From: Dehalococcoidia bacterium | Lineage (GTDB): Bacteria; Chloroflexota; Dehalococcoidia; E44-bin15 | Length of the DNA stretch: 64,000 nucleotides | Reading direction: 5' to 3' | Assembly (NCBI GenBank): GCA_041653935.1 | Contig: JBAZEO010000006.1 | Span: forward strand, 6,504 to 70,503 | In this document: positions 24,872 to 34,730 of the stretch, one piece after another | Numbering within the stretch: position 1 is the first letter of the stretch | How the letters are laid out: each line of letters opens with the position of its first letter | Program-made: the position numbers and the translations under genes | Notes under the pieces: generated by a model | What the model saw: the letters and a program-made list of their open reading frames with translations, nothing else | Told to the model about the DNA's origin: nothing | Databases searched by the model: none

Positions 24872-26145
24872 AGAATGTACTCCTTTCTGAGAAGTGGATG
24901 CAATCCACCTTCATAGCCGATTACGTAAGGTCGTGGTAGAGGGACAATGAACTTGCCACCATGTTGGATCTGCCATGCCTTCTCGCGTTCTAAGAACTCG
25001 CTGATAAAGGCATAGGGCAAGACTAGGAAGTAGTCAGGCTTCTGCTTGCGAGCCTCCTCTTCGCTGTAGATGGGAATACCCGTGCCTACCGTGACGCGAC
25101 CCCACTTCTCTGGTGACCGTTCTGCTGCACCTTCAATCATAGATGAGTTGAGGTGGTAATACTGTAGGATTACGTTGCCCTTGGTGGAAGCGCCATACAC
25201 CCAGACGCGTTTACCCTGGGTCAATGCACGGCGCACAAATCTAACAACACGATCCTTATTCAGCTCTAGTCTAAGGTGAAAGTCACGATAGAACTCTGGA
25301 TTGTTCAAGGATGACTCCGCCTTGAGGGCTTGCTCTACGCGCAGGTGTGCACCTCGCTTTGGCGCAACAGACAAGACGCCACGGTGGCGACAGTAGAGCC
25401 GGTAGCTCTGGCCGTTGACGGTGTTGGTTTCTACGTCGATGATTTCCAGTCCGTGCTTCCTGAAAAGAAATTGCAGGCTCCTGAGAGAATAGAACTCCAA
25501 GTGCTCATGGGCGAAGTTGCCCACATCGCCGAGCTCCACCATGTTTTGCAGGCACATGAGCTGAGCCACAAACAAGCCGTCGTCGGCAAGGTTCTCAGCG
25601 ATAGCGGCGATGAATGGGTTCGGGTCCTCCAGGTCATAGAACATGCCGATGGCCGTGATCGCCTTGGCTGGCTTGCACTTGTAGACGGCAGAGGGCCAGA
25701 AGTCGCTGATGAAGGTGTGCACGCCCTTTGCACCCTCTTCAGCCAGATTGGTAGCAGGCTCGACACCCACAGTGTGAAGACCTGGGACGGAGTAGGATCG
25801 TAAGAGCGTTCCGTCGTTGCTGCCGATGTCCAGCACTACGTCACCAGCACGTAGGTCTACGAGGCCTTCGATGGTCGCTGTGATGTCCCGTAGGGCTACT
25901 CTCATGGTGTCAGTGACGCCGCTACGGTACCAGTAGTGCCGCGTGTAGAGCAGGTCTTGTGGTGCTGTGTGCCGTAGCTGAACCATCGTGCAGTCGTTGC
26001 ACAGGTCTAGGGTGATCGGTACTCGCGGGGCCTTGTACACATCAGCAGGCAACGGAAAGTCGTTGACGTACTGGCTGCCCAGCGAGAACAGAGGGGTCAG
26101 ATTGTTAGAGTAGCAGGCACGACAGGTAGAACGCTCCGAGATCAT
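24868..26145 (-). CDS. SAM-dependent sugar C-methyltransferase (zinc-ribbon + class I MTase + C-MT domain type)
   Basis: N-terminal CRACYSNNLTPLFSLGSQYVNDF, a VLDIGSNDG SAM motif, and 425 aa length as in NDP-hexose C-methyltransferases. Confidence 0.6.
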   Translation of the reverse strand: MISERSTCRACYSNNLTPLFSLGSQYVNDFPLPADVYKAPRVPITLDLCNDCTMVQLRHTAPQDLLYTRHYWYRSGVTDTMRVALRDITATIEGLVDLRAGDVVLDIGSNDGTLLRSYSVPGLHTVGVEPATNLAEEGAKGVHTFISDFWPSAVYKCKPAKAITAIGMFYDLEDPNPFIAAIAENLADDGLFVAQLMCLQNMVELGDVGNFAHEHLEFYSLRSLQFLFRKHGLEIIDVETNTVNGQSYRLYCRHRGVLSVAPKRGAHLRVEQALKAESSLNNPEFYRDFHLRLELNKDRVVRFVRRALTQGKRVWVYGASTKGNVILQYYHLNSSMIEGAAERSPEKWGRVTVGTGIPIYSEEEARKQKPDYFLVLPYAFISEFLEREKAWQIQHGGKFIVPLPRPYVIGYEGGLHPLLRKEYIL

Positions 26146-26846
26146 TTCAGTAGCTCCAAGGCGTCAAAGTTTACTCCAGGAAAGTGTTCAGTAGGATTTT
26201 GCCAGACGTGACTATTGTTGTCCAGGGTGCTTTGCATGGTACCGATATGCTGCACCAAGGATGGATTGTGAACGTACTCGTGGATGCCAAACGCCTTCAA
26301 GCCAGACACGATGCCGCCGTCTAGGGCCTTCCAGGACCGCTTATTGTTTGCTGATGCAGGCTTGCGGATCATGTGCCCGCTCTCCATCAACTTCTGAGCT
26401 ACGTCACGGTTGAATACTAGGCCCAGTGCGCCTAGCCCACGCTGATTGGAACGGTTCCATCCCGCCTTGCCCTTCGTGAATGCAAAGTTCTCATGGAAGG
26501 TATACAGATTGAGGTAACCGTCCCTTGGGTAGGGTGATTGGCTCAGGTACTCACGCAGGTTGCTGACACAGACTACATCGTCCTGAAACATAGCATAGCG
26601 GTCAGCCAGTGGGTTGCGCACGTACAGCTCCGCTAAGCCCAGCATGAAATTACCAACGATGCGTAGGGGCGGTGTGGGGCGACACGTGACCGGTCGTTGG
26701 AAGGCGTCGTAGTCGCTAGGGTTATCACATCCGTCGACGAACAGGCGTGGCTCACCGAACCCAGCATCGCAGAGCGAGTGCAGCGTCTTGGGTAGTGTGG
26801 TGTCCTTGCGGGAAGGCACCGTGGTCACACCATAGGCCCACTTCAT
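26142..26846 (-). CDS. putative glycosyltransferase (GT-A-like)
   Basis: MKWAYGVTTVPSRKDTTLPKTLHSLCDAGF..PRLFVDG resembles N-termini of small GT-A enzymes. Weak. Confidence 0.35.
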   Translation of the reverse strand: MKWAYGVTTVPSRKDTTLPKTLHSLCDAGFGEPRLFVDGCDNPSDYDAFQRPVTCRPTPPLRIVGNFMLGLAELYVRNPLADRYAMFQDDVVCVSNLREYLSQSPYPRDGYLNLYTFHENFAFTKGKAGWNRSNQRGLGALGLVFNRDVAQKLMESGHMIRKPASANNKRSWKALDGGIVSGLKAFGIHEYVHNPSLVQHIGTMQSTLDNNSHVWQNPTEHFPGVNFDALELLK

Positions 26847-27532
26847 GACTTGAAAATCTCCTCTACCTTGGCGGCAGCCTCTTCCGGCGGAGTCTCTCCT
26901 ATGGAGCGTGCCCAGCTAAACAGGCGGTTGAGACGCTCCTTACGTTCAGCACAGCCACACGGGCGACCCAGCCACGCGTCTACACGGTCATGGGTGATGC
27001 CTACCTTGGATAGGGCTGCCTCCAGTACGTCGCCTAGGCCCCTTGACTTTGCTGCCTTGGCCTGCGTTATTATGGGGGGTAGCTTTGTCATCTGTTCTCT
27101 GTGGGAGGGTCGGCGCATTGCATGGTCTTTCATGGAAACACGTGGATTCCAGTGCGGACAAGTCCACTCCGCATCGTTCAGCCGCTCCGCCCATTTCCCG
27201 ACCCAGGTGCACTTTCCGCCGCCCACCCCCGTGCACCGAATTGATTCCTCGACCGGCAGCATCATCCCGCACTTTGCGTCGCGGCATCGCTGGAGACGGT
27301 CAATGCCTGCGGTAGTGAGGCGTCCAAGCACCGGGGAGAATGGACACGCCTGAGTAGGCGTCAGTAATCGCACACCGTTATTGCATGAGCAATAAATCGG
27401 GAGAATTTTAGGGCGTATTATGAATCCCAGATTTACACACCGATACTCGTTGGGGCCGATTTGTTCTATGCATGGTGAATTCACGCAACAACCCCCGTAA
27501 CTTCTACGCTCTCTGGGGCGTAATCGCGACAT
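26843..27532 (-). CDS. Cys-rich hypothetical protein
   Basis: 229 aa ORF. The start is uncertain because it overlaps the upstream ORF by 52 nt. Confidence 0.4.
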   Translation of the reverse strand: MSRLRPRERRSYGGCCVNSPCIEQIGPNEYRCVNLGFIIRPKILPIYCSCNNGVRLLTPTQACPFSPVLGRLTTAGIDRLQRCRDAKCGMMLPVEESIRCTGVGGGKCTWVGKWAERLNDAEWTCPHWNPRVSMKDHAMRRPSHREQMTKLPPIITQAKAAKSRGLGDVLEAALSKVGITHDRVDAWLGRPCGCAERKERLNRLFSWARSIGETPPEEAAAKVEEIFKS

Positions 27533-28077
27533 TCGATATCACTGTTGGCATATTTCCACAATGCCAGCGAGACCTCAAAGCCGCCACAAGCGATATAGTC
27601 ACCGTTTGCGCCGAGTGGTATAGTGGTTTTATACCATACGTGCGAATAGTTAGATGTAGGTTTTACGATAAGCTCCACGTCGCCGCGAACATACGAGTCT
27701 CCTCCAACAGTGGTGTTTGTGCACCAGACCCGCAACGTAAAAGCTACATTATTGCCGTTGTAACTCCCGTTGTATCCTCCCTGGCAGTACGTATCTGGTG
27801 ATTCGCCGATTATGTACGCCGAACTCGGCTGATCGCGCAAGAGATATGTTCCTGCCGCCGGCCCGCAAAACGCGTCACTGAACCCAGGCCATGCCAGCGA
27901 TACCCAAATATCGACATCGCAACAATAACATTCCGTACCGCCCGTAGCTTCGTTGCAGCAGCACGGCACCTGTCCCCACTTCTGAATATACCGTCTCGTC
28001 GGCAGCACTGGCCGCCTCGGCACAATCACCCCACCAGGCGTGCGTTCCCACAACTCATCTCGTCGAGGCCGTCTCAT
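27481..28077 (-). CDS. hypothetical protein (virion-associated, by position)
   Basis: 198 aa with Cys clusters CCCNE..CYCC. Confidence 0.45.
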   Translation of the reverse strand: MRRPRRDELWERTPGGVIVPRRPVLPTRRYIQKWGQVPCCCNEATGGTECYCCDVDIWVSLAWPGFSDAFCGPAAGTYLLRDQPSSAYIIGESPDTYCQGGYNGSYNGNNVAFTLRVWCTNTTVGGDSYVRGDVELIVKPTSNYSHVWYKTTIPLGANGDYIACGGFEVSLALWKYANSDIECRDYAPESVEVTGVVA

Positions 28078-28736
28078 TAAGTAGCCGTTCCTGTTTGGTT
28101 TGTTTCACACGCAAACGGCAGTAGAAACACATATTCATCCGCCGCGAGGGACACGTCTGGGTCTTTGATGATGCGGCACGTGACTCCGTTCGCGATCATC
28201 TTGCCGGTCGTTATTGACGTTGGAATATCAAATACAGTGATGATTTCGCCGTTTTCGTTTTTGGCAGGTCCGATCAACAGAATCGCCGAAGCCGAATCGC
28301 CCGGCAAAAGATTCTCTGTCAATTCGCACGTGAAGATCTGGAGGCCACTAAGAGCCAACCAATGACCAAACTTATCCCTTAGGACGGGAAAGAACTGTTC
28401 TAGGCACTGATTGCTCACGTTGTAGACATGCTTGAAGCACTCGTCCTGGTTGTCTCCGCCGCACAGGGGGCGTAGCTCTGGCTCATTTACAACGTCCTCA
28501 ACGATGCGGTAGATATTGCACTTGGCCTTTCCTGGACGATAGTACAAATCACCGTCAGCCTTGGTAATCCCGGGTAGAACACCGACCTGGGGATGAGCAA
28601 CGTAAACTTCAGGGGCTTGATGTTCATCAATCTCCTGCCTCCGCATAGGCTGCTTAGCTGTGCTGCGGTAGTCACGAAGCACACGGCTGAGGACTTCAAC
28701 ATCGTTCTCTGTGAGGTAGAATGCTTTGTTGGCCAT
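28077..28736 (-). CDS. hypothetical protein
   Basis: 219 aa ORF, abutting its neighbours. Confidence 0.5.
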   Translation of the reverse strand: MANKAFYLTENDVEVLSRVLRDYRSTAKQPMRRQEIDEHQAPEVYVAHPQVGVLPGITKADGDLYYRPGKAKCNIYRIVEDVVNEPELRPLCGGDNQDECFKHVYNVSNQCLEQFFPVLRDKFGHWLALSGLQIFTCELTENLLPGDSASAILLIGPAKNENGEIITVFDIPTSITTGKMIANGVTCRIIKDPDVSLAADEYVFLLPFACETNQTGTAT

Positions 28737-28739
28737 GGA

Positions 28740-29123
28740 TCACCTAGGAATGGCAGTGAGAGTGTATTGACCAATGCCTTCCTGGCGACGAATTCGGAGC
28801 CGTGTAGCATCGGGCACGGTAAGGCGTTGAGTTTCACTGGGAAGAACGAGCAGTCGATCCATAACAGCTCCACCAAGGAACATGATCTCAATGGTGCCTT
28901 CCTTGGCGTCATTGCAAATAAAGATCATGCTGGGGTCTTTGACCCAGCCCGTGTCGAGAGGCTCCCATTCAGTGCTGAGACCCTTGGGAGACTTGCGGGT
29001 GTAGACTTGCTCTGTCTCAGTGACTTCTCTGGTGAAGACTGAGTCAATAGCAGTAGGATCGTGGCCCGCTACCTGATGGTAGACATGCTCAACGACCGTG
29101 ATACGATTGGTTGTGTTTGGCAT
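28740..29123 (-). CDS. hypothetical protein
   Basis: 127 aa ORF. Confidence 0.5.
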   Translation of the reverse strand: MPNTTNRITVVEHVYHQVAGHDPTAIDSVFTREVTETEQVYTRKSPKGLSTEWEPLDTGWVKDPSMIFICNDAKEGTIEIMFLGGAVMDRLLVLPSETQRLTVPDATRLRIRRQEGIGQYTLTAIPR

Positions 29124-29152
29124 AGATTGCTCCTTCTATTGCCAGGACAGTG

Positions 29153-30244
29153 TTAGTCGAGTGTCGCCGTTCCAAAGTCAATGTCGGTTGGGATGCCTAA
29201 CTGGAAGAGATTGGCTTCCGGATAGTATTCTACCTTCCACACGGCCATGTCCCCCGTCAGTGCCGTACCGTAGCCAGCCGAGCCAGCCGAGGGATACCAG
29301 TCGACAACCTCACTAGTATATGCAGGCTTTCCTGATCCGTTGAGAATGACGCGAGTGTTTTCGCCGTTGAGATCCTTATAGCGGATGAAGTGCTGTGGAT
29401 TGGAGGGGTCCGGTGCAGCACCACACACATCCACACTCTTCCACAAATCCACTTGATCACATCCAGGTTCTGTGCTTGTAGACGTCTTGTCATCTGCCCT
29501 GATCCAGCGACCGTTTAGAACCTTAGTACCCTCGTCCACAATGTCTGGGTCAAATGGATCTTGGTCATTGTTGCGGATGTCAAAGTCAAAGACACGCTTG
29601 TAGTAGGATGTACAGGTACCGTACCACAACTCTTCCCACGTGAAGTTACTGAGCTTGACATGGCGAGCAGCGAGGCCCCACATGGTGTCGTCGTTGACAT
29701 GGTCCATCAGCGAGGAGCATAGGTCTAGCTGTAGTGTAGATACATTCTGCTCAACGCGCACCGTAGGCCTCGACGAGTCAAACTCCAGCTTGGGTCCACG
29801 GAGCGGTTCGTGCGCAGAGTTCTTGATGAGCACACCATTGCGGTCCTTGGCTGCCTCGATGCTGTGCTTGACAAAGGTGCCGCTGATCTTCTGAGGTTCA
29901 GCGAGGGGGTCACCCCACTCCATCGTCATACACCGCTTCATTGGGCGAGTGCTGAACAACACCTCTACGGTGTACGTCTTGATGGGATCACCGCTGAGCT
30001 GGCCTTGAGGCTTGATAGAACGGTTCGGGTGGCACATGGCCCAAGGGTCGCTGTCATTGCCAAAGCTGTAGGGTGTGCCTATAGTAGGCAACGCAGCGGC
30101 AGTACCGACTGTACGGGGGCCATCGCCCACACCATTCTGGTAGGGAGTGTTGGTTTGGACTAGGTAGGTGACCCAATAATTGCGGTGACCGTACTCGTCC
30201 TGCTCAGCCCGTACTGTATAGGGAGCACACTTGGTGATCGACAT
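29153..30244 (-). CDS. putative distal tail / baseplate protein (by position)
   Basis: 363 aa ORF starting at the stop of the tape measure gene (ATGTCGATCACC overlaps 30244). Confidence 0.4.
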   Translation of the reverse strand: MSITKCAPYTVRAEQDEYGHRNYWVTYLVQTNTPYQNGVGDGPRTVGTAAALPTIGTPYSFGNDSDPWAMCHPNRSIKPQGQLSGDPIKTYTVEVLFSTRPMKRCMTMEWGDPLAEPQKISGTFVKHSIEAAKDRNGVLIKNSAHEPLRGPKLEFDSSRPTVRVEQNVSTLQLDLCSSLMDHVNDDTMWGLAARHVKLSNFTWEELWYGTCTSYYKRVFDFDIRNNDQDPFDPDIVDEGTKVLNGRWIRADDKTSTSTEPGCDQVDLWKSVDVCGAAPDPSNPQHFIRYKDLNGENTRVILNGSGKPAYTSEVVDWYPSAGSAGYGTALTGDMAVWKVEYYPEANLFQLGIPTDIDFGTATLD

Positions 30245-32259
30245 TAGGCTGACTCCGCTAGTGCTGCGGGTGACAGACCGCCACCCATGTCTCGTATCTG
30301 CTCCAGTATGCCCACCACCTCCTCTACGCCCTTGGCTGTACGCTCAGCCGCAGAGCCCTCGCTTAGTGAGCGGTAGGCCGACACCCGTGCCATGGCCTCG
30401 GCAGAGCCCACCGTAGTGGCCTGTACACCCTCGCTGGCGTAGTATTTGCCCTCCTTAAAGGCTGTAGCTGCTGGGCCTGTACCGCCCACGCTTCCACCAG
30501 CAGCATCCGCAGCAGCCTCAGCGGCTGCTTCAGCCCCCTTGCGCAAGGCTTCGTCGGTAAGGCTATTGAGCTTTAACTGGGTGGTGAAGGTCTCTATACC
30601 CAGCTTGACGGTTGTCTTGGAGGCTAGGTCACGGACGATCAAGGCTAGTCCTGGATTGACCAGTGTGAAAAGCTTCATGAACCCCAGCAAGTGCATCGTC
30701 ATATCCGTGATGACCTGCAAGAACGTTAGTTTGATCTGGGTCATGACAATTTCCCAAGCCAGTTCGATCTCACCGGACCGTAGGGCTGCCGTCATACCTG
30801 CGATGGTGTCACTGAAGTATTTCTTGAGGTCGTTGAACACTTCAATGATGGGGCCACGCATGTGGTAGAGAGCCACACCAAGAGCAGCGATGGCTACGAC
30901 GATTCCCATAATCATTGGCGCAAGGGGGAGTAGGAAAGTGATTGCAGATGAGAGGGCAACAAACCCACTTATGACGGATGAGATCATGACAGCCATGGTC
31001 CCGAAGCCAACGAGGAGGGGGCCTATGGCTGCGACTACAGCTAGCACAACCACGGCAACCTTCTGCATCTCTGGTGTGAGCATGTTCCAGACTTCCATGG
31101 CACTGAGGCCCCACTGAGTGAGCTTCTGTACGATGGGGGCTAACATATCACCGAGCTTGATCATCATGGCCTGCGTGCCTGCCATGGCCTTAGCCATCTT
31201 GGCTCCCATGGTTTCTTCCCACTCTTTGTAGCGGGAATTAATGCCTCCTACGGATTGGCTGACGTCATCAACGATGCTTGCAAATTGCTTTGAGTCCCTG
31301 AGGACGTTGAATGCGTTTTCAGCTTCCTTGTCTGAGAAGAATTGGAGTTGTGTGATACCTGTCTTGGCAAACATAGCATCTAGGTATTTAATACCTTCGA
31401 CGATACCCTGATCTGCAAAGACTTTTTGCAACTCCTTCATGGAGTATCCAGAAGCTTCCATCTGTTTGATGATCTTCGGGGAGACTCCAGCTCCACGGAT
31501 CTTACTGATCATGCTACTGAGGGCAGTAGCAGCCGTAGCAGTTTCTCCATAGGCCAGTGTCAGGGCGCTGAGAGTACCAGCAGTCTCTCCGAACTCTAGC
31601 TTAGCAGCTTTAGCGGCGGGCAGGATCTTTCCGAACACTGAGGCGAATCCACTCGCTTCAGCAAGCCCTCTGTCTGCTGCCTTCCAGACCATTTCTATGG
31701 CTTCGGATGCCTTAAGGCTTTCTTCACCGTAGGTTGCAAGAGCTAGTGAGGCTGCCCTACCGATAGTCTGCATATCACCCATCCCAATGGATGATGCTTT
31801 TGCAGAAGCTTCCAATGCGTCGAGAGCAGCAGCCCCTTTTATTCCTCCAGAAGAGATTGACTCAAACGTATTTACTATGTCGATGGGGCTTTGACCGAGG
31901 TTAGCAGCCATCTTGAGAGCTGTTTCTCGAAAGGAGTCGATGTCCTCCCGTGACATGCTAACCAATGATCGCAACCGCTGTAAAGCTTGTTCGAAGCTCA
32001 TAGAGGCGTGGGAGGCGGCACCGCTGATGGCCAAGAGTGGCGTGGTGATAGCAAGGGACATAGCTGCCCCAGCACCACGAACACCTTGGCCAAACGTGCG
32101 GAGACTGGCGGCGAACCGTTCGATACGTTTACCCTCACGCTCAACTGTATCGGCAGTTCTGCGAGCACCTGTTTGAGCATCGTTGAGCATCTTCTGATAA
32201 GAAGTAGCGTCACCCACGAGGCGTACAAGAAGGCGGTCAATCTCAGTCTCGGTTGACAT
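30244..32259 (-). CDS. tail tape measure protein
   Basis: 671 aa and Ala/Gly/Leu-rich helical. Long hydrophobic segment VVVLAVVAAIGPLLVGFGTMAVMISSVISGF... Immediately downstream of the frameshifted chaperone pair. Confidence 0.75.
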   Translation of the reverse strand: MSTETEIDRLLVRLVGDATSYQKMLNDAQTGARRTADTVEREGKRIERFAASLRTFGQGVRGAGAAMSLAITTPLLAISGAASHASMSFEQALQRLRSLVSMSREDIDSFRETALKMAANLGQSPIDIVNTFESISSGGIKGAAALDALEASAKASSIGMGDMQTIGRAASLALATYGEESLKASEAIEMVWKAADRGLAEASGFASVFGKILPAAKAAKLEFGETAGTLSALTLAYGETATAATALSSMISKIRGAGVSPKIIKQMEASGYSMKELQKVFADQGIVEGIKYLDAMFAKTGITQLQFFSDKEAENAFNVLRDSKQFASIVDDVSQSVGGINSRYKEWEETMGAKMAKAMAGTQAMMIKLGDMLAPIVQKLTQWGLSAMEVWNMLTPEMQKVAVVVLAVVAAIGPLLVGFGTMAVMISSVISGFVALSSAITFLLPLAPMIMGIVVAIAALGVALYHMRGPIIEVFNDLKKYFSDTIAGMTAALRSGEIELAWEIVMTQIKLTFLQVITDMTMHLLGFMKLFTLVNPGLALIVRDLASKTTVKLGIETFTTQLKLNSLTDEALRKGAEAAAEAAADAAGGSVGGTGPAATAFKEGKYYASEGVQATTVGSAEAMARVSAYRSLSEGSAAERTAKGVEEVVGILEQIRDMGGGLSPAALAESA

Positions 32260-32967
32260 GTTGGTTCCTTAGTGGAGCTAACCTTGCTTGCCAAACAGCC
32301 TTGGCGACTTCAGCACTGGTCGGAGCCAGTTGGGGACTATTGAACTTGAGGAAGAAGTGTTTGAGCTGGATGGCTTCGCGATTCTTGGCGAGCACTCGAC
32401 GGACCTCACAAGCAATCTGCATGAGATAGAAGTCTGATAGCTTCGGCTCATTCCATTGCTCATCCAGATATTCCATCCATGCAAGGAACTGACGGTGTGT
32501 GTGAGTGCGAAGACACTCATCCAGGCTCATGTGCAGGTGCGAGGCTAGTCGGAACCATCCGCCGTAGACTCGCTTCCTACGTTTTTTGATTCACGCATCT
32601 CCTCAAGACGTTTCTGGAGAGCAGTAATCTGGACCACGATAGCAGCTTCAGTCTCCAGGTCGTCTAAGTGGCTCATCTCCTTGGCACGATCATAGAGCAC
32701 CTTCTGCACGCGAGCAGGCCAGCTACGTACGGTGGCTTCTGGCACGTTCTTGCCAGACTCGTCGAACAAGCATAGTGACACCAGCAGGGGCTCTACGTCG
32801 GCGATGCCACGTACGGTCTGTGGTTTGCCGTCAGGCCCTAGCTTGATACAGCTGAGGCGAGCGTTGGCAAACTTGGTAGCCGCATCGCCCGAGGCTTCCC
32901 TGAGGGAATAGTCCTTTCCGCTCAGCTTGACAGGTTCGGTCTGCGGCGTAAGATCGTCAGTAATCAT
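32243..32967 (-). CDS. tail assembly chaperone frameshift product (G-T-like fusion)
   Basis: A -1 shift at A_AAA_AAC (32581-32587) reads KKRRKRVYGGWFRLASHLH with no stop, then runs into the listed ORF 32243..32530 (MSLDECLRTH...). Frames checked by coordinate arithmetic. Confidence 0.6.
32545..32967 (-). CDS. tail assembly chaperone (G-like)
   Basis: 140 aa, located between the tube and tape measure genes. Contains the slippery site near its 3' end. Confidence 0.65.
   Translation of the reverse strand: MITDDLTPQTEPVKLSGKDYSLREASGDAATKFANARLSCIKLGPDGKPQTVRGIADVEPLLVSLCLFDESGKNVPEATVRSWPARVQKVLYDRAKEMSHLDDLETEAAIVVQITALQKRLEEMRESKNVGSESTADGSD
32581..32587 (-). other. programmed -1 ribosomal frameshift heptamer A_AAA_AAC
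   Basis: In the G frame the sequence is GAA TCA AAA AAC GTA. The stop of G is 12 codons downstream. Confidence 0.6.
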
Positions 32968-33000
32968 CTTGGTTTGCTCCTAGGTTACAGAGTAGCGAAG

Positions 33001-33041
33001 GCAGGCCCCCAGCCCCTTAGTGCTTACAGCTAGGGGCCTGC
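33001..33041 (-). other. stable hairpin downstream of the tail tube gene (attenuator or processing candidate)
   Basis: 9 bp perfect stem gcaggcccc (33001-33009) / ggggcctgc (33033-33041). No U tract. Confidence 0.4.
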
Positions 33042-33062
33042 TGCACGGAGATCGTAGACAAA

Positions 33063-33536
33063 CTATGTGCCAGTTACGGAGGTGACGGTGGGACCTTGCT
33101 CGGCACCAGTCGAGTCCACGTTGGTGGGCACGATGACGATAGCGGCCATCGGCATCGTTCCCTCTTCCATGGCCTCTGGCGTGAAGGACTTCAGGAAGCC
33201 GTAGAAGGCAATCGTGGTGCCGTCAGCGAACTCCACAGTGATCGTGGTTTCGTCGCCAATGATGGCTACGATGGACGTGTACACAGCCGGATCGTAGGCA
33301 GCGTTGATCGTGATCTGTGTGAGGGTGATCAGCTTACGAGCCGTGAACGTACGATACGTCGTGTTGTGCATCGTAGTGGTTTCGATCGCTTCACCGGCGT
33401 CCATGCCCGGAGGCTGTACGGTCTTCTCGAAAAACTCGATGTCAGAGTCAGCGGCCAGCGTGAGCTTGGATGAGAAGCCGTCTTTCAGCTTCAATCCACC
33501 AGGGGTGGAACGTTCAGTTGCGGTAGGGGCAGCCAT
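33063..33536 (-). CDS. major tail (tube) protein
   Basis: 157 aa, beta-rich, directly upstream of the chaperones and tape measure gene, and followed by a hairpin. Confidence 0.6.
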   Translation of the reverse strand: MAAPTATERSTPGGLKLKDGFSSKLTLAADSDIEFFEKTVQPPGMDAGEAIETTTMHNTTYRTFTARKLITLTQITINAAYDPAVYTSIVAIIGDETTITVEFADGTTIAFYGFLKSFTPEAMEEGTMPMAAIVIVPTNVDSTGAEQGPTVTSVTGT

Positions 33537-33547
33537 GAGTGAACCTC

Positions 33548-33970
33548 CTAGGTCAGGGCGACAACAGCGTTAACAGTAAACAAGTAGCGTTTGCTGGTAG
33601 GCGTCTCAGTCCCTGCCTTCAGCACTCCGCTCTTACGGGTAATTGCGTGAACAACGTACGATGTGGTGTCAACCGTCACAGACACGTTCTGGACTGTGTC
33701 CATGGCCACAGCGATCGCATCAGCCTTGGTGTAGCCTGTGACCCCAGAGCTGCGGACCATGATCTCTATACCGTAGTGCTCCTCCATAACAGAGTCGGCA
33801 CCACTACGACCGTCTAGCAGACCAGCCGTGTCGTAGACAACGACAGCGTTGTCTGGTGTGTCGGGTAGGTTATGGGCGTATATCGGCCACGAACCGTTGG
33901 CTGAGGGCAAGGTGCCCTGAGCTAGGTCTATGAGCATGTGGCGGATTACGTCTGCGACGGTGTGGTTCAT
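33548..33970 (-). CDS. tail completion / tail terminator-like protein
   Basis: 140 aa. Assigned by position between the gp10-like gene and the tube gene. Confidence 0.4.
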   Translation of the reverse strand: MNHTVADVIRHMLIDLAQGTLPSANGSWPIYAHNLPDTPDNAVVVYDTAGLLDGRSGADSVMEEHYGIEIMVRSSGVTGYTKADAIAVAMDTVQNVSVTVDTTSYVVHAITRKSGVLKAGTETPTSKRYLFTVNAVVALT

Positions 33971-34386
33971 TCCTTCTCCGTGAAGGCACTAGCCTTGAGG
34001 TTTCCAGTGTCTACGGGACACAGTCGTTGAGCCTCTCGCTGCAAGCGTAGGCCAGCCACTAGTAGAGCCTTAACCAAGGTGGCTCCATTTCTGACAGCCG
34101 TGGCTATGATGGTCGATAGCTCCTTGCGCATGGTGTGGGCAGGCTGTTCTAGAAACTTGGACTGGCCTCGCCCTGATGGGTCCCAATAGTCGCCCTTCTT
34201 ACGTGTGCCGTCGGTGTGCTTGCCCTTGCGCGGCAGACCTCGCCACTTCATCTCCACATTCTCGTGCACGTAGAGGGCGTACGATGCGTTGAAGCCAACG
34301 ATGACATTGCCGTTGTTCTCTCGCTTGGACTCACGTTCCAGCTTTTCAAGGGCTCGCAGAACTTTGTCTAGTCCGCGTATTTCCAC
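33967..34386 (-). CDS. HK97 gp10-like head-tail joining protein
   Basis: LEKLERESK...VIVGFNASYALYVHE...SKFLEQPA follows the gp10-family pattern. Confidence 0.45.
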   Translation of the reverse strand: MEIRGLDKVLRALEKLERESKRENNGNVIVGFNASYALYVHENVEMKWRGLPRKGKHTDGTRKKGDYWDPSGRGQSKFLEQPAHTMRKELSTIIATAVRNGATLVKALLVAGLRLQREAQRLCPVDTGNLKASAFTEKE

Positions 34387-34388
34387 TG

Positions 34389-34730
34389 TCAGTCCTCCAC
34401 ATCAAATCGCACGTAGCGAACCAACGTTCGCGCAGGTGTGCTGGTGGTTGTGACCGTGATCTTGAGCTTGTATACACCAGTCTCCTTGAGCATACCAGAG
34501 ACCTTGAACTGAACAGCTTCTCCAATAGGCACATCTACCTCATTGATCTCGAGGACGGCTGTGCTGACTGTCTTGTTGGACAGAGTCAGATCCGTCGTAT
34601 TAACTTCGACAACCAACGGCGTGCCTGTGAGGGTTTCACCTGCGTCAAGCTGATTGGAGAATGACACAGATCCAAGGTCCGTATCACCCTCAGCGCATAC
34701 AGGTCGCTCAGGCGCAACTATCTTGCTCAT
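34389..34730 (-). CDS. hypothetical beta-rich (Ig-like?) protein
   Basis: 113 aa ORF. Confidence 0.45.
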   Translation of the reverse strand: MSKIVAPERPVCAEGDTDLGSVSFSNQLDAGETLTGTPLVVEVNTTDLTLSNKTVSTAVLEINEVDVPIGEAVQFKVSGMLKETGVYKLKITVTTTSTPARTLVRYVRFDVED

